Assembly (NCBI GenBank): GCA_032718475.1
Contig: JAUCBJ010006656.1
Location: forward strand, 2,667-66,666
Reading direction: 5' to 3'
Source of the DNA: Nemertoderma westbladi
Lineage: Eukaryota > Animalia > Xenacoelomorpha
Length of the DNA stretch: 64,000 nucleotides
Part shown: positions 38,216 to 51,405 of the stretch, one piece after another
Position numbering within the stretch: position 1 is the first letter of the stretch
How the letters are laid out: the number at the start of each line of letters is the position of its first letter
Position numbers and translations under genes: made by a program
Notes under the pieces: model-generated
Told to the model about the DNA's origin: nothing
The model's database searches: none
Seen by the model: only the letters and a program-made list of their open reading frames with translations

Positions 38216-38597
38216 GGACCTCAGAAGGGGTTGCAGCAGTCTTATTAACAATTTAACATAGATAGAGAGAAACCCATCACCAATTGCAACATGTTGAAAT
38301 GCTACAAATATTGGAGGGAAATTAAAAACGTATTTACCTGTATTAATTAATAATGGCAGTGATTTTTTATGTCCTATTATTTGACTTTTTTTTGTCCTTT
38401 TTTTTACGAATTATGCATAATGACTTTTGTTGTCCTTTTAATGACTTTTATTGTCCTTTTAATGACTTTTTATGTATGTATTTCTTCAAACTGTCAGACT
38501 GCTGATTTCTGGACTGTCAGACAGTTGATTTCACTATGCCTGTGCCAAAACATTCCATGATTCCATGATTTATAGACTATGAGATAGATTTCCATAT

Positions 38598-38862
38598 GCG
38601 CAGTGTCGCAGTGTCCGAGTGGATACGGCGCCTGAACTGTTTACACAATAGTGTTTGGTGGCGCAGACTAAAGGCTGTAGAAATTTCGCACTGTTGTGTC
38701 CCTAGGCAAGACACTTTAGACATTAGTGCCTACGTCAACCCAGCGGTATAATGGGAACCTGGCTTTGCTGGGGTAATGCTAATACTGTAAAAGCGCTTTG
38801 AGTATGCTGAGCGTAGAAAAGCGCTATATAAATAACCAATATTATTAATATTATTATTATTA
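38598..38862 (+). mobile_element. tRNA-derived CORE-type SINE with L2-like tail
   Basis: A-box-like GTGTCCGAGTGG, CORE-like GTGTCCCTAGGCAAGACACTT, tail AAAGCGCTTTGAG..AAAGCGCTATATAAAT and (ATT)n. Confidence 0.75.
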
Positions 38863-38949
38863 TGCGCCTGTGGTAAAAAGACTCTATATTTAATAGTTTG
38901 TGGTTGTTGTCGATAATCTATTACCACATGACGTAGCAAAACACTCATT

Positions 38950-39610
38950 TTATAGCCAAAAACAATTACCAATTGATGGAAAGGAGCAGGTTAAGGCCGA
39001 GTTTTCTAACCAAAACAATAAACAGTCACTTTACCAAATCAGGGAAAGGAGCAGGTTACAGAGACGAGATTTTCTAACCAAAACAATAAACGATCACTTA
39101 ACTAATTGAGGGAAAGGAGCAGGTTGCAGAGGCGGGATTTTCTAACCAAAACAATAAACGATCACTTAACTTATTGAGGGAAAGGAGCAGGTTACAGAGG
39201 CGGGATTTTCTAACCAAAACAGTAAACGATCATTTAACTAATTGAGGGAAAGGGACAGGTTACAGAGGCGGAATTTTCTAACCAAAACAATAAACGATCA
39301 CTTAACTAATTGAGGGAAAGGAGCAGGTTACAGAGGCGGGATTTTCTAACCAAAACAATAAACGATCATTTAACTAATTGAGGGAAAGGGGCAGGTTACA
39401 GAGGCGGGCCTTTCTAACCAAAACAATAAACGGTCACTTTACCAATTCAGGGAAAGGATCAGGTTACAGAGGCGGGATTTTCTAACCAAAACAATAAACG
39501 ATCATTTAACTAATTGAGGGAAAGGGGCAGGTTACAGAAGCGGGATTTTCTAACCAAAACAATAAACGATAATTTAACTAATTGAGGGAAAGGAGCAGGT
39601 TACAGAGACG
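38950..39610 (+). repeat. 68-bp minisatellite (~10 copies)
   Basis: Unit CTAACCAAAACAATAAACGATCA..GAGGGAAAGGAGCAGGTTACAGAGGCGGGATTTT at 39006, 39074 and onward. Confidence 0.95.
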
Positions 39611-40429
39611 ATAAAACTAATACAGTAATAGGCCTAAATTATGTGAAAGGTATATCCACATTTTCCACAATCCTGCAATCCAGTTTGGCCTATCAATTAT
39701 TTAAAATTTATTAGCACAACCGGTAGGCCTACCATTACCGTATTTAAATGGTAGGCTACACAGTAGGCCTATAGCAGTACCGGTGCCGGTACCGGTACTA
39801 AATTACAGAAATACCTGCTTTATACCTACATCTGTACATACAATACAGCAAAATAGTGCTACTATATACTAATACCGGTACTGATAGCCTGAGAGAACAG
39901 CAGTAGAGAAACCGGTAGCATGGAACCTAACATTAGACTTTTGGAGGACATAAAAAATAAAAAAAAAGGACAAAAAAAGGATTTAAACGGACAATAAAAA
40001 TTATTGCGATTAATAATTGTTATGGCCTAGACTAACTGACCTACCTACTTGCTACTACTGTTCTGAAACGCCATGGAGGGGAGACCAGCGCCTTCCTCTA
40101 GCCCCAGGCCACTGCGCCACCGCGTGCGGGATCCACGCACACAGTGGGATGTGCCACGGACGATGGCGAATAATATTCGCGTCCGGACCCATTCCATGAC
40201 TGTCGCGTAGGGTTTCCCCCAGGATCCATGGAGTCTGGTGGCTATAGTGGTAGGTCTAGTGGTAACAAGGACAACTGCTCATGATGTACATATTATGTAT
40301 GAAGCAACTTTTACCATTCCACCAACACCCCTCTGATTGTATTGTATATAGGCCTTTCTAAATTTTGGACCAGCCCATTCTTTACGAGGATTAGTCAAAT
40401 TTAATGACGCATCTTTTGCAAAAAACGGC

Positions 40430-41549
40430 GTTGCAATTAGATTTCAACTTTTCGATGTGGGTGCCACCTCAAAATTAGGTCCCCAGCACAAATTTTTTTG
40501 AAATTTTCGAATTTTACAAGGTCAATTAATTGTGAGGTAGTAATTCTTTATGTTGGGGCTTTTTTTATTGATTCTGATTCGTATGGAGCACTATACTACT
40601 CTATATAAGTACGTAAGGGAAGTGGTACGTCATTTTTGTTGCACTAAAATTAGGGCGTGGCACTTCAAATTTTCAAAATTGCAATATTCGTTAAATACTC
40701 CGAAGTTTTGATTTCAACGCATTTTTATGGGTTTTCTGGCCCGCTTAATCGATTGAAAGTAATATAGAAGACTCAATTCTTAGTGGTACATCATTTTTGG
40801 TACACCACAATTAGGGCGTGGTACTTTTTCAAAATTTGAAAAAGTGCCACTTCCTAATTTTGGTGCACCAAAAATGCCGAACCACTAAGTCTTCAGGCTT
40901 CTATAATACTTTCAATTGATTCAGCGGTCCAGAAAACCTATAAATGTGCGTTGAAATCTCAACTTTGGTTTATTTTCCGAATCTCGTATTTTTCAATATT
41001 TGAAGTGCCACACCCTAATTTTGGTGCTCCAAAAAGGACGATCCACTAAGTCTTCAGGCTTCGAATGAATAATATTTTCATTCGATTCAGCGGTTCAGAA
41101 AACCTATAAAAACGAGTTGAAATCAAAAGATGGGGGTATCTTCTGAATATCGTATTTTTCAAAATTTGAAGTGCCACTTCTTAGGTGCACGAAAAATAGC
41201 ATCCAGTTCAATTTTCGGAAATGGAATATAATCACATTCGATTCAGCGTATAGTGAAAAACCTACTAATGCTAGCCAACAATGCCAATGCCACACTATCA
41301 GTTTTTAGAATATCAAAAAAAATGTATATTTTGTCCTGGGACTACTTCTATTTTTCATGAAAATTATTATACCCACGTTATGAAATTTTCATTTTTTTGG
41401 ATTTGAAAATGTTCTTCGATAACTTTTTCACCTACAGTCCAAATTTCGTAGGATTTTATTGGATGATTACAAAAATACAGCGGGGGGGCCGAATCGACCC
41501 CCCGCAAGTGGTGCTAATGGTCTAAACACCCCAGTGGTAATAGGGTTAA
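40430..41549. mobile_element. piggyBac-like non-autonomous element with internal subrepeats
   Basis: Right end ATAGGG|TTAA, GGGGGGCCGAATCGACCCCCC hairpin near the end, repeated AAGTGCCAC/GGTGCAC blocks in both orientations; left end unclear. Confidence 0.45.
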
Positions 41550-43233
41550 CACACGTAACACATGACGTATCGATGAATCAATTTCCAGTTTAGGTTGAAT
41601 CACCTTAATTTAGGGTTCATTATAAAGGCATTCCGAATTCTCGTTGAACTGATGTTGGAGCTGCAGTATGAAGCTGGTTTTTTACGTTTCAATGGAACCG
41701 CGATGGTATGGAGTGGAGAAAATGCTTTGGGACGAAATTCATAGATCTTTGAAATTATTTTCCATTTTCACACTGAGTGCTTTGCATTCTTATTAATACA
41801 GTATATTCGCGATGCAAATTGGCAATACAAATTTTTCGCGTGCCAATACCACTATTATCTTTAAAAAGATCTCCACTCCAACTGTATTGACCATTGCTGA
41901 AGCCATAAATTAACTTTATAGTTCAACCAAAATGATCCAACTAGAATAGGGTTCATCGTATAGTTCTTTGTAATTGCGCAGCTACTGTATAAGTGAAATA
42001 CAGTATGATACTGAAATAATAGTGAGCTTAATAAATATTAAATATAATATTAAAATATTGTTTATGACGGTTGTATTCCATATATTATTTGTTATCAGTC
42101 TCTCCAGTCTAATTATCTAGCCATCCTCGTAGATAATTTGATCATTCCAGATCAAAATAAAGGGTAAACACAAACGTCTTCTCCTATTCCCCTCCTGGCG
42201 GGAATGAATTGGAGACAGCCGACCAAGAGATTTGTCGACGCCAGCACTGGATATCCGGGTTCTCAATTAGGCCTACTTGTTATTTTGTATTTGTTGGGTG
42301 AAACATATCAATTTATTAAAACATGTAAGGCATTTTGGAATTATTCATTAGTCCTACTTGTAGTTTGTTGGTAGTGATAGTGATAAATAAAAATATGTTA
42401 CAGGGTGTTAATAAAATCAATGACAGACGACAAGATAGAGGTCCTGAATGTCATGGAATTAGCTGTTTCCATATTTAACATTGTTAAATTTATCCAGCAT
42501 TATTAATATGGTAAACCAATATTGTAATGCAATGACTTTTATATGCTTCTGTGCTTTAGGGAATGTGACACATGTAATCTTTATTTGACAACTGACTCAT
42601 TGGCCAATTGACACAATGTGAATTTGACAGATAACCTCAGCGCGGACCTGCCTCCAGTAAATAGCAAATGAATTTGGCTTTCAATATATTATTGGAGGCA
42701 AATTATTATTGTCAGACAAAATATAATCTCCTTTTATCTTTAATATTTGACTGGCATTCCTGCAAGTCCTATTCCTGTAAATCCCTCCGCCACCCCTGTC
42801 TTAGTATAGTAGACAACGGAATTTCCCAGGGGGGAGTGTTTTAGTAAAGATAGGCAAAAACATGTATTGAAACTACATGATATCTTTTCGAAAGGTGCAC
42901 TCTGAATAATTACTTTTAAAATACATATTAACACTCCGTATTTTGCATTAATTTTAAATTCATTGATAATAAAATATAGATCACAGTAGATGACCATAAT
43001 TAACCTACCACATACACATTTAATACATTTTGGTCTTTGCAATTTTAAAATGCTACTCAATTTGTTTCCTATTTAGGAAACTTTTCCGGTTTAACAGTCA
43101 GGTTTAATCTCGGAGTGACAATAATCTAGGGAAGATAAGATTAAATTCTTCCAAACAAATCTAAAGTAAACTTAGTGAAAAGTCACATTTCTGTATAAGT
43201 GGTGACATTCCCGCTGGAGTGAGGTCCCATTCC

Positions 43234-43292
43234 ATGCAATTTTTGGCAGGATGGGGGGGGGGGGGGGGGGCCCATCCTGCCAAAAATTGCAT
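43234..43292. repeat. Perfect 22-bp inverted repeat with poly-G loop
   Basis: ATGCAATTTTTGGCAGGATGGG-(G)n-CCCATCCTGCCAAAAATTGCAT. Confidence 0.9.
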
Positions 43293-44739
43293 AACTCAGA
43301 ATCGTTGCCCTATGGCACTACTGTGGTGAGATTGCAGGTGATTCCAACATACATCATCATCGTCCATGTCCATGCCTTACCCTGTATCACACTCGGACCT
43401 TTGTTATCTTGAATCCATGCTGGGGCAAGAGGGGCGCAAACAAACCTTTGCGAACTATCTTCACTTTGGTGGCATCATTGTCAATGTCAATACTGGGCAT
43501 CATGGTTACAGTTTATTTTAGGTCGAATAAGGCTGTTGATCGCATGGGAATGTGGATGTCCACTTGCGGCATGCATTAATTTGCCAGTACTCTTGCTATG
43601 GATAGTGAAGTCTCAAAGTGAGGGGAAGGTGAAATCCATGTCGAAGCCAATCCTCTCTATATTGTGTATATAAATGGTTTAGTGTTTGATATCATCGTTC
43701 CAACCAAATTCGGAATGGCTGTCTGGCTCAGCGAGCAAAGTGGTAATTTCAAATTATTGTTTCAATATCAAAAATTTGAATTGGTTTGGTTTTTCTATTT
43801 TTTTCCTCCTTTCTCCGTTATTTTAATATAATTATTATTAATATTAAAATAATAATTTCAATATTTTTGGGGACCCGCCCCAAATCTACGTGGGGCTTGG
43901 TACTGCAGTCCAAAACTGCCGTCATTAATACGGCCCTGAATCAGTTCTTTCTTCCGGAATCGACCTCACTTTGACATATTCACTCTAAACTCCCATCCTG
44001 ATATTTTGGTTTGGATTGATGATAATATCAGAAAGGAAAATGACAATTGGCTATACATTCACCGCCAATTAACTGCCATCGCATCGCAATATGTGGGAGT
44101 TGTCTTTCTGCCTAAAATATCTCAAGTGTGTATGTAGAGCTTCAAGATGTGTTACCGAATGCATGCACAGTTGAATACAAAACTAATAATCAGGAAATTA
44201 ATTGGAAGTTTCTTCTGAGGATTTTCTAGACCTTGGCTAAGCAACTATATTTCATTTATTTCGTATTTGATGTTTTAAAATGAATGGGAACTGTCTGGCT
44301 GTCTCGTTTCTAACAATCAATTTATACAATAATGTTGATATTATCATGTATATAATATATATATATAATGTATGTATTAGGTTTTATGATTATCTATTAT
44401 TTACTAATTCAGTTTTATACATATCCAAACAGCTTGACTTTTTAACACCATATTAATGTTTATTGAATAGTTTGGGTAGGGGATTTTTGGATTCATTTAT
44501 AGTAATACTCTCATTATTTTATAAATACAATACTTGATATTTTTGTTATGAATTTACGTTCAACACTCACATTATATTTGTATAATAATGTACTAATATT
44601 ATTGTTCATATAACTTTTAAAAAAGTAAACTTGGAGAAGGAACTTAAATTTAATGGTTAAAGATCATACGCATATTCCTATGATTTAGTTACTTTTCACA
44701 CAATTTCATCAGGAGACAGAGAAGTTATAATACTTCACA

Positions 44740-46068
44740 ATGAGAGCAATATCAATTATAATTGTAATGGGTATATTTGAGAGAGTCTATAACAACAGCC
44801 ATCAAGTTAATAGAACTATAATGAAAGCAAGTACTGAACTAAATAATAAACTGTTTACTGATTATTTTTCTCATACACGACCAATTAACAACCAGAGTAA
44901 TGTTATAAATGTCGGAGTTTTATTTCAGCTTACGCATCTTCTTGACATTGACATGATCCACTCTACACTGACATTTTCTGCCTGTGTCACTATTTTCTGG
45001 AAGGATGAAATGCTTCAATGGGACCCTGATGAGTACCTTGGTATTACCGAGATTATTGTTGATCCAAACAAGGTATGGACTCCTCACATTGTATTGGAAG
45101 GCATGTTAGATGTTTGGATAGGTGATGAAGTAAACTATGTTGCCATAGAGTCTACCGGTGAGATGAGATGGTATCAGAGTTGGAAAATGCATTCAATTCA
45201 GAATTTGGTGGCAACCTATTTCCCATATGATATTCAACCTCTCATGTTCAACATTTCTTCATGGACCTACAATGATAGTTTTGTCAATCTGACTTGGAGT
45301 GAAACTCTTATGCTTCCAATAATGATGTCTGTTGACTTATCATCAAATGAATGGCTTTGGGATCACAGTATAATAACTTCTCAGCTACATGAACGCCTCA
45401 CAAAGCCTGGAAAAGGACCAGATCTGTACACAACCCTTGTTTATGCTATAACTTTACACAGAGCCCCACAATTCCACTTCCAGACCACAATATTTCCGTC
45501 CATCATTATAAGTTGCATCATCCCCTTCATATATGTCATACCACATGAACAAGGTGATCGCATCAGTCTTGTTTCGGCAGTTTTCTTTGCCCAACTTCTC
45601 AATATGGTTGTAGTGCAGGATTACCTCCCGCCTTCAGGAAAGACACTACCTATTCTTTGTCAATTGTATTACTTTAATGTTTTGTTTACTCTAATCTGTG
45701 TCATTTTGTGTGTGATTATATCAAAAGCACGTTCTTTTGTTGACAAAGTGGTATTAAAGAGTGACAGTTCATCTACTGTTGTAATTGAAAATGTGGTACA
45801 TGAATCAAATGGTTTTGTATGTCCCCCTCAGAACAATATTAGATGGTATAAGCGCCAAAACGTTTGGCAAAAGGTTCTTAATTTTACTGACGTCTGCCTG
45901 TTCATGACGATGGCCATCGTTGCAACCACCGTCAACCTTTACATTGCGCAAAAATACTACAGTGGGAAAACTAGTGAGCAGATTGTGAACGACTTAATGG
46001 CGGCTTATGGCGGAGGACATGTGGTTCTGGAGGCATCACTATATTCATCCAGAGAAACTGTTGATTGA
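44740..46068 (+). CDS. Intronless nicotinic acetylcholine receptor-like pentameric ligand-gated ion channel subunit (442 aa), lacking Cys-loop cysteines
   Basis: WKDEMLQWDPDEYLGI, VWTPHI, FPYDIQ, SSWTY, pre-M1 LHRAP, four hydrophobic helices, M2 GDRISL..DYLPP; single uninterrupted ORF. Confidence 0.9.
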   Translation: MRAISIIIVMGIFERVYNNSHQVNRTIMKASTELNNKLFTDYFSHTRPINNQSNVINVGVLFQLTHLLDIDMIHSTLTFSACVTIFWKDEMLQWDPDEYLGITEIIVDPNKVWTPHIVLEGMLDVWIGDEVNYVAIESTGEMRWYQSWKMHSIQNLVATYFPYDIQPLMFNISSWTYNDSFVNLTWSETLMLPIMMSVDLSSNEWLWDHSIITSQLHERLTKPGKGPDLYTTLVYAITLHRAPQFHFQTTIFPSIIISCIIPFIYVIPHEQGDRISLVSAVFFAQLLNMVVVQDYLPPSGKTLPILCQLYYFNVLFTLICVILCVIISKARSFVDKVVLKSDSSSTVVIENVVHESNGFVCPPQNNIRWYKRQNVWQKVLNFTDVCLFMTMAIVATTVNLYIAQKYYSGKTSEQIVNDLMAAYGGGHVVLEASLYSSRETVD

Positions 46069-46259
46069 CATAATTTATTATAAGTGAAGATATTACACTG
46101 CATATTAATCATAAATACAACATTGCAATATTCTACTGTTATGGAGTGTGCAACAAAGTAAGCGAGTCTGGCATCTGTTTCAACCATTATTGTCTGTTTG
46201 TCTGTCGAAGGCAGTGGTGGTACGGCTACACTGTCACTACTCAACAAGTCGTGATATGG

Positions 46260-47135
46260 CTAATTTTCGCGTTACGACTAATCTATTGTTTTGGTTCTTG
46301 GTTTTACATATGGAATCATTATTGGTATTATTATATGGTGTTTATATACAGATGAGGTCCGAAAAATGTAGTAATGTATTACAGCACGGGAGTATCCGGG
46401 GGGGGGGGGGGGGGGGGGTACCATCTTTCCTATGTTCTTCGACAACCTCACATTCAATATATTGTATATATTCCATCAGCAATATGTGAATTTGTTATAA
46501 ATAATTTATTATTTACCTGTTAGAAGATGTAGTTTTCCTCATTAATGGTTGGGTTATTAGCAGAAGCATAAGTACAGCGAAGATTTTACGATGAGATGAG
46601 ATGTTGCGGTCATCCTCCTTAAGTCCTGATTTGCCCAAAGAGAGAACATTTAGCGTTTCACCAAAATTGTTCATAGTTATCCAGTAAGTATATATTGTTG
46701 GATTTTAATAATTAAAGTCTTCAATTGCTCTGCATGGGGGCGTAAATTAAAAAAATATATATATTGTAGGACCAGTAAAAATATAAAGTGTGGGAATGCG
46801 TGGCAAGGAGAATTGCGAAGTAATTATATATAATACAGTTGGGGAATGACAAAATGAAAGTAAATTCAAATCTGAATGGAATCCGTACCTGTGCTTGAGA
46901 CAGTAACTAAGGATGTGCTGGTACCTCATAGAATACAATATATTGAATGTCAGGTTGTTGAAGAACATAGGGAAGATGGTAAATGCACCCCCCCCCATAC
47001 TGGATACTCCCATGCTGTAAAACATTATTACATTACAATTTTAGGACGTCGTCTGTACGTAAACACCATAGAATAAAATTGATAATGATTCCCTATGTAT
47101 AACCAAGACAATAAATTAGCCGTAACGCGACAATA
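46260..47135. mobile_element. Foldback/MITE-like element with long imperfect inverted arms
   Basis: ~46260-46470 is the reverse complement of ~46930-47135 (e.g. CTATGTTCTTCGACAACCT / AGGTTGTTGAAGAACATAG). Confidence 0.7.
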
Positions 47136-47297
47136 ATATATAAATAATTAATAATAACGCAACCCACGGCTAGACATGCTGACAAGGTCGGCGGAAGGTA
47201 ATCAACCAACGGCGACCTACTGCGAAGACGCTTGTAGGAGTTGCAACCACAAGCGGTTTACTCTCGCATCTAAAAGATATGAGTATGAGAACAGTCA

Positions 47298-49840
47298 ATG
47301 GATGAAAACCAGTCCACCGATTCAATATACCAGAATATAATAATAGCCCACAAGGAATCAGCTAAGAGGCATATCCCCCAGAAACCCAAACGAAAACAGT
47401 ATGTCCCATGGCAAAACTCTGAGGTTACTTGTAAGAGAGAAGATCTTAAGATAGCCTACAAAGTAAAAACTGAACAACTGACAACCGAAAACATTAACAA
47501 GGTTGAGAAAGCTAAGGACAATCTTAAATTGGCCTACAACATCAGCCAGGAAAAGTACATACGGGATAAAATTGAAGCAATTACAACTGCTCACATACAG
47601 CAACAATCAAGACTTACCTGGCAAACTGTGAATGAGGTATCTGGTCGGAAAAGTTGTGCAAAGGGGCGCCTCAAAGCTGATAGTCCCGAAGAACGTGTGG
47701 GGAAGTGGAAAAATCACTTCAGCAACTTGCTTGGGCAGCCACCAAACATCGAGGTCAGCCCTACAAGGAAAATATATGACAAGACACTACCTATAGAGAC
47801 AGGGGACTTCACACATGCAGAACTCCAAAGAAGCATTAAAAGCATGTCCAATAATAAAGCGAGTGGATTAGATGAAATCACAGCGGAGGTATGGAAAACG
47901 GGAGTGCTAAACAGACCATTATTGAATGTTTGCACTACTACTACTACTACTAGGATCGGCATGCTGCATTGCAGCTGCATTTTTAAGAATGCTGTGCCGG
48001 CTTGTCAACAAAATTGCACCGCCACAACTCCCTATCACCCATGACATTTGCTAGATCATCCGCATCTTTAAGGCCAGTGTCCTTTAAGATGCGTCTCAAG
48101 AAAGTCATGGGCTGTCCACCATGCTTATTCACTCCATGAGGCTGCCAAAGTACAAGATTATGCACTGGCTGGTCCTCACGGCGAAAGCAATGTCCTGCAA
48201 AGCGGAGGCGATTTTGTTCTAGTGTCAAGCTTGGGGGAACCAATGAGACACCTCCAATGTTATATAGTGTCTGGTTGGAGATGTGTGCATTGTACTTGAC
48301 ACAATGTACCCGGCGTAGCATTCTTGTGAATGTGCCATCCAGAGATTTGGTGTCCTCAGCAGTTAGAGCCCAGCATGGACTCCCGTAGAGGAGTACTGGA
48401 GCTACTGCTGCTCTAAATAATCGGACCTTAAGTTTCCGATTAATTCTAGGTGACTTCCAAATCCTGGAAAGCCTATTCAAGGCTGCCCATGCCTTTCCCT
48501 TACGTATTTGAAGGTCCTCACCTGACTTCCGGATCCATGATCCCAGGTAACAGAAGTCGTCCACATGCTCAAGCATACCATCCTTTGAGCTTATGCTCAT
48601 CCGATCAGAGACTTGCTGAGGACTTTCAAAGTTAACTGTCAGAATTTTGGTCTTTCTGGAGTTAATAAAAAGACCAACACTAGAAGCAGCATGTTCTAAT
48701 GAGCTGAGGAGCCTGAGCTGATGAGCTGAATGTTTGCAACCGCATGTTAAAAGGGGAAAAGCCTCCACCAATTTGGACTAAAGGTCAAAACTAAAGCCTC
48801 TCCTCAAGAAAGGAGACCTCGGTATACCAACAAACTATCAAGGGATCTGTCTGCTTGTGGTAGCTGCTAAAATATACAATAAAATGATTCTATATAGGAT
48901 TAGGCCTCACATAGAGAAACTACTGTGTAAGAGCCAAAACGGATTTCGACCAAGTAGATCAACAATTGCTCAGATACTTGCACTATGGAGACTGATTGAA
49001 GGAATTAAGTCAAAGAATCTCACTGCAGTCATGACTTTTGTGGACTTCAAGAAGGCATTCGACTCCATCCTTAGAGGTAAAATGCTTGAAATCCTAAGAG
49101 CTTATGGAATACCAGAAGTAATCGTTGCTGGTATTGGATTGTTATATTGTGACACAGAAGCACAGGTACTCTCACCAGATTCTGAAACTGAGTGTTTCTC
49201 AAACCTGGTTGGCGGACTGCAAGGTGACACATTAGCACCATTACTATTTGTAATTGTACTGAATTACGCAATGAGGATGGCCACAAAGGGTGAAGATCTG
49301 GGATTCATACTTCAAGAACGCAGAAGTAGTAGATATCCGGCAACTACAGTCACAGACACCTACTTCACAGATGACATCACCCTGCTCTCTAATACGCTAG
49401 CAGATGCAAAGCTTCTACTAAATAAAGTGGAGAGGGCTGCTAAGGAGGTTGGATTGCATATAAATGCTTCCAAGACCGAATTCATGACTTTTAATGTTGA
49501 AGGAAACTTGACAACCATTGATAATAATCAACTAAGGAAGGTTGACGACTTCCAGTACCTAGGATCATGGATAGAGAGTAGCAAAAAAGACATAGAAGTT
49601 AGGAAAGCAAAGGCTTGGGTAGCTCTATCAAAAATGGATACCATCTGGAAATCAAATCTCTCCAGGCACCTGAAGACTGATTTCTTTCGAGCCACAGTGG
49701 AAAGTGTATTTTTATACAGGGGTGAGACCTGGACACTGACTAAATCACTTGAACAACGAATTGATGGTTACTACACAAGACTACTAAGGGCAGCCCTAAA
49801 CATCCGCTGGAGACAACACATGACAAATGCCGAGCTTTAT
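47298..49840 (+). mobile_element. RTE-like LINE family A (RT region), interrupted
   Basis: KASGLDEITAE, QNGFRPSRST, FVDFKKAFDS, GGLQGDTLAPLLF, FTDD, FQYLGS. Confidence 0.88.
47935..48726 (-). mobile_element. 5'-truncated RTE-like LINE family B inserted antisense into family A
   Basis: (TAG)n tail; 12-bp TSD TGAATGTTTGCA at 47923-47934 and 48727-48738; near-identical to 49848-50612. Confidence 0.92.
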
Positions 49841-51405
49841 ACTACTTCTAGGATCGGCATGCTGCATTGCAGCTGCATTTTTAAGAATGCTGTGCCGGCT
49901 TGTCAACAAAATTGCACCGCCACAACTCCCTATCACCCATGACATTTGCTAGATCATCCGCATCTTCAAGGCCAGTGTCCTTTAAGATGCGTCTCAAGAA
50001 AGTCATGGGCTGTCCACCATGCTTATTCACTCCATGAGGCTGCCAAAGTACAAGATTATGCACTGGCTGGTCCTCACGGCGAAAGCAATGTCCTGCAAAG
50101 CAGAGGCGATTTTGTTCTAGTGTCAAGCTTGGGGGAACCAATGAGACACCTCCAATGTTATATAATGTCTGGTTGGAGATGTGTGCATTGTACTTGACAC
50201 AATGAACCCGGCGTAGCATTCTTGTGAATGTGCCATCCAGAGATTTGGTGTCCTCAGCAGTTAGAGCCCAGCATGGACTCCCGTAGAGGAGTACTGGAAC
50301 TACTGCTGCTCTAAATAATCGGACCTTAAGTTTCCGATTAATTCTCGGTGACTTCCAAATCCTGGAAAGCCTATTCAAGGCTGCCCATGCCTTTCCCTTA
50401 CGTATTCGAAGGTCCTCACCTGACTTCCGGATCCATGATCCCAGGTAACAGAAGTCGTCCACATGCTCAAGCATACCATCCTTTGAGGTTATGCTCATCC
50501 GATCAGAGACTTGCTGAGGACTTTCAAAGTTAACTGTCAAAATTTTGGTCTTTCTGGAGTTAGTAAAAAGACCAACACTAGAAGCAGCATGTTCTAATGA
50601 GCTGAGGAGCCGTTGGGCTCGCTCTAATGATTCTGAGAGTACTCCTAAGTCATCAGCAAAGTCTAGATCAGTTAGGTACTTGGCAAGATTTCCTCGACTT
50701 CTGGAGCCAGTAGGTGGAGTTATCATCACCCCATCATCATTATGATGATCTAAGGACATGCATAGAACATAGTCAACCACAATAATGAACAAGAATGGTG
50801 CAAGTGTGTCTCCTTGGAGGATGCCCCATAACACTTCAAATGGTTCTGTTTCACCGTCAACAGTAGACACAAATGTTGTCGAACCATCGTATACTGATCT
50901 GATTACTGCAATAATTTCATCAGCCATCCCATATAATGAAAGTATGGTGAACATACGTGAGCGAAAGACTTGAAAAGGCCTTGAAGAAGTCAACAAAGAT
51001 AACAGCCAGATACCTATCTTTCTTTTTTGATAACTCTTCAATTATCCTTCTAAAAGCCAAAATGGGCTCCAAGGTCCCACGACCTTTTTGGAACCCATTC
51101 TGATTTCCACCGAGCAGTCTCTGAATGGGATCTCTGATGCGATTTAATAGAATTCTATTGTAAAGCTTTGCAGCAATCGAGATCAATGAGATTCCCCGAA
51201 AAGAACCATAGAGTGATAGATGCCCTTCTTGGGAACTGGCACCAACATATTTGTTTTCATTTCTTGTGGGACTCTTGTTGTTCGGTACATGTCTACTATG
51301 ATAGGATAAATGAGCTCCAAACATTCAGGTGTTTTAAAGACCTCAGGGGGGACACCATCTACTCCACTGGCACGATTGGTCTTAATGCTCTTTGCAGCAG
51401 CTAGC
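49841..51405 (-). mobile_element. RTE-like LINE family B, longer copy (RT), frameshifted
   Basis: RASGVDGVPPE, QNGFQKGRGT, GILQGDTLAPFLF, FADD, FCYLGS, RLCFAGH. Confidence 0.9.

Noticed and set aside
37843-39610. Regular 25-bp and 68-bp arrays as CRISPR arrays
   Set aside because: Units are contiguous tandem repeats without unique spacers; eukaryotic context; no cas genes.
41600-43750. Patches of coding-like sequence upstream of the channel gene
   Set aside because: Stops in all frames examined and no recognisable motifs.
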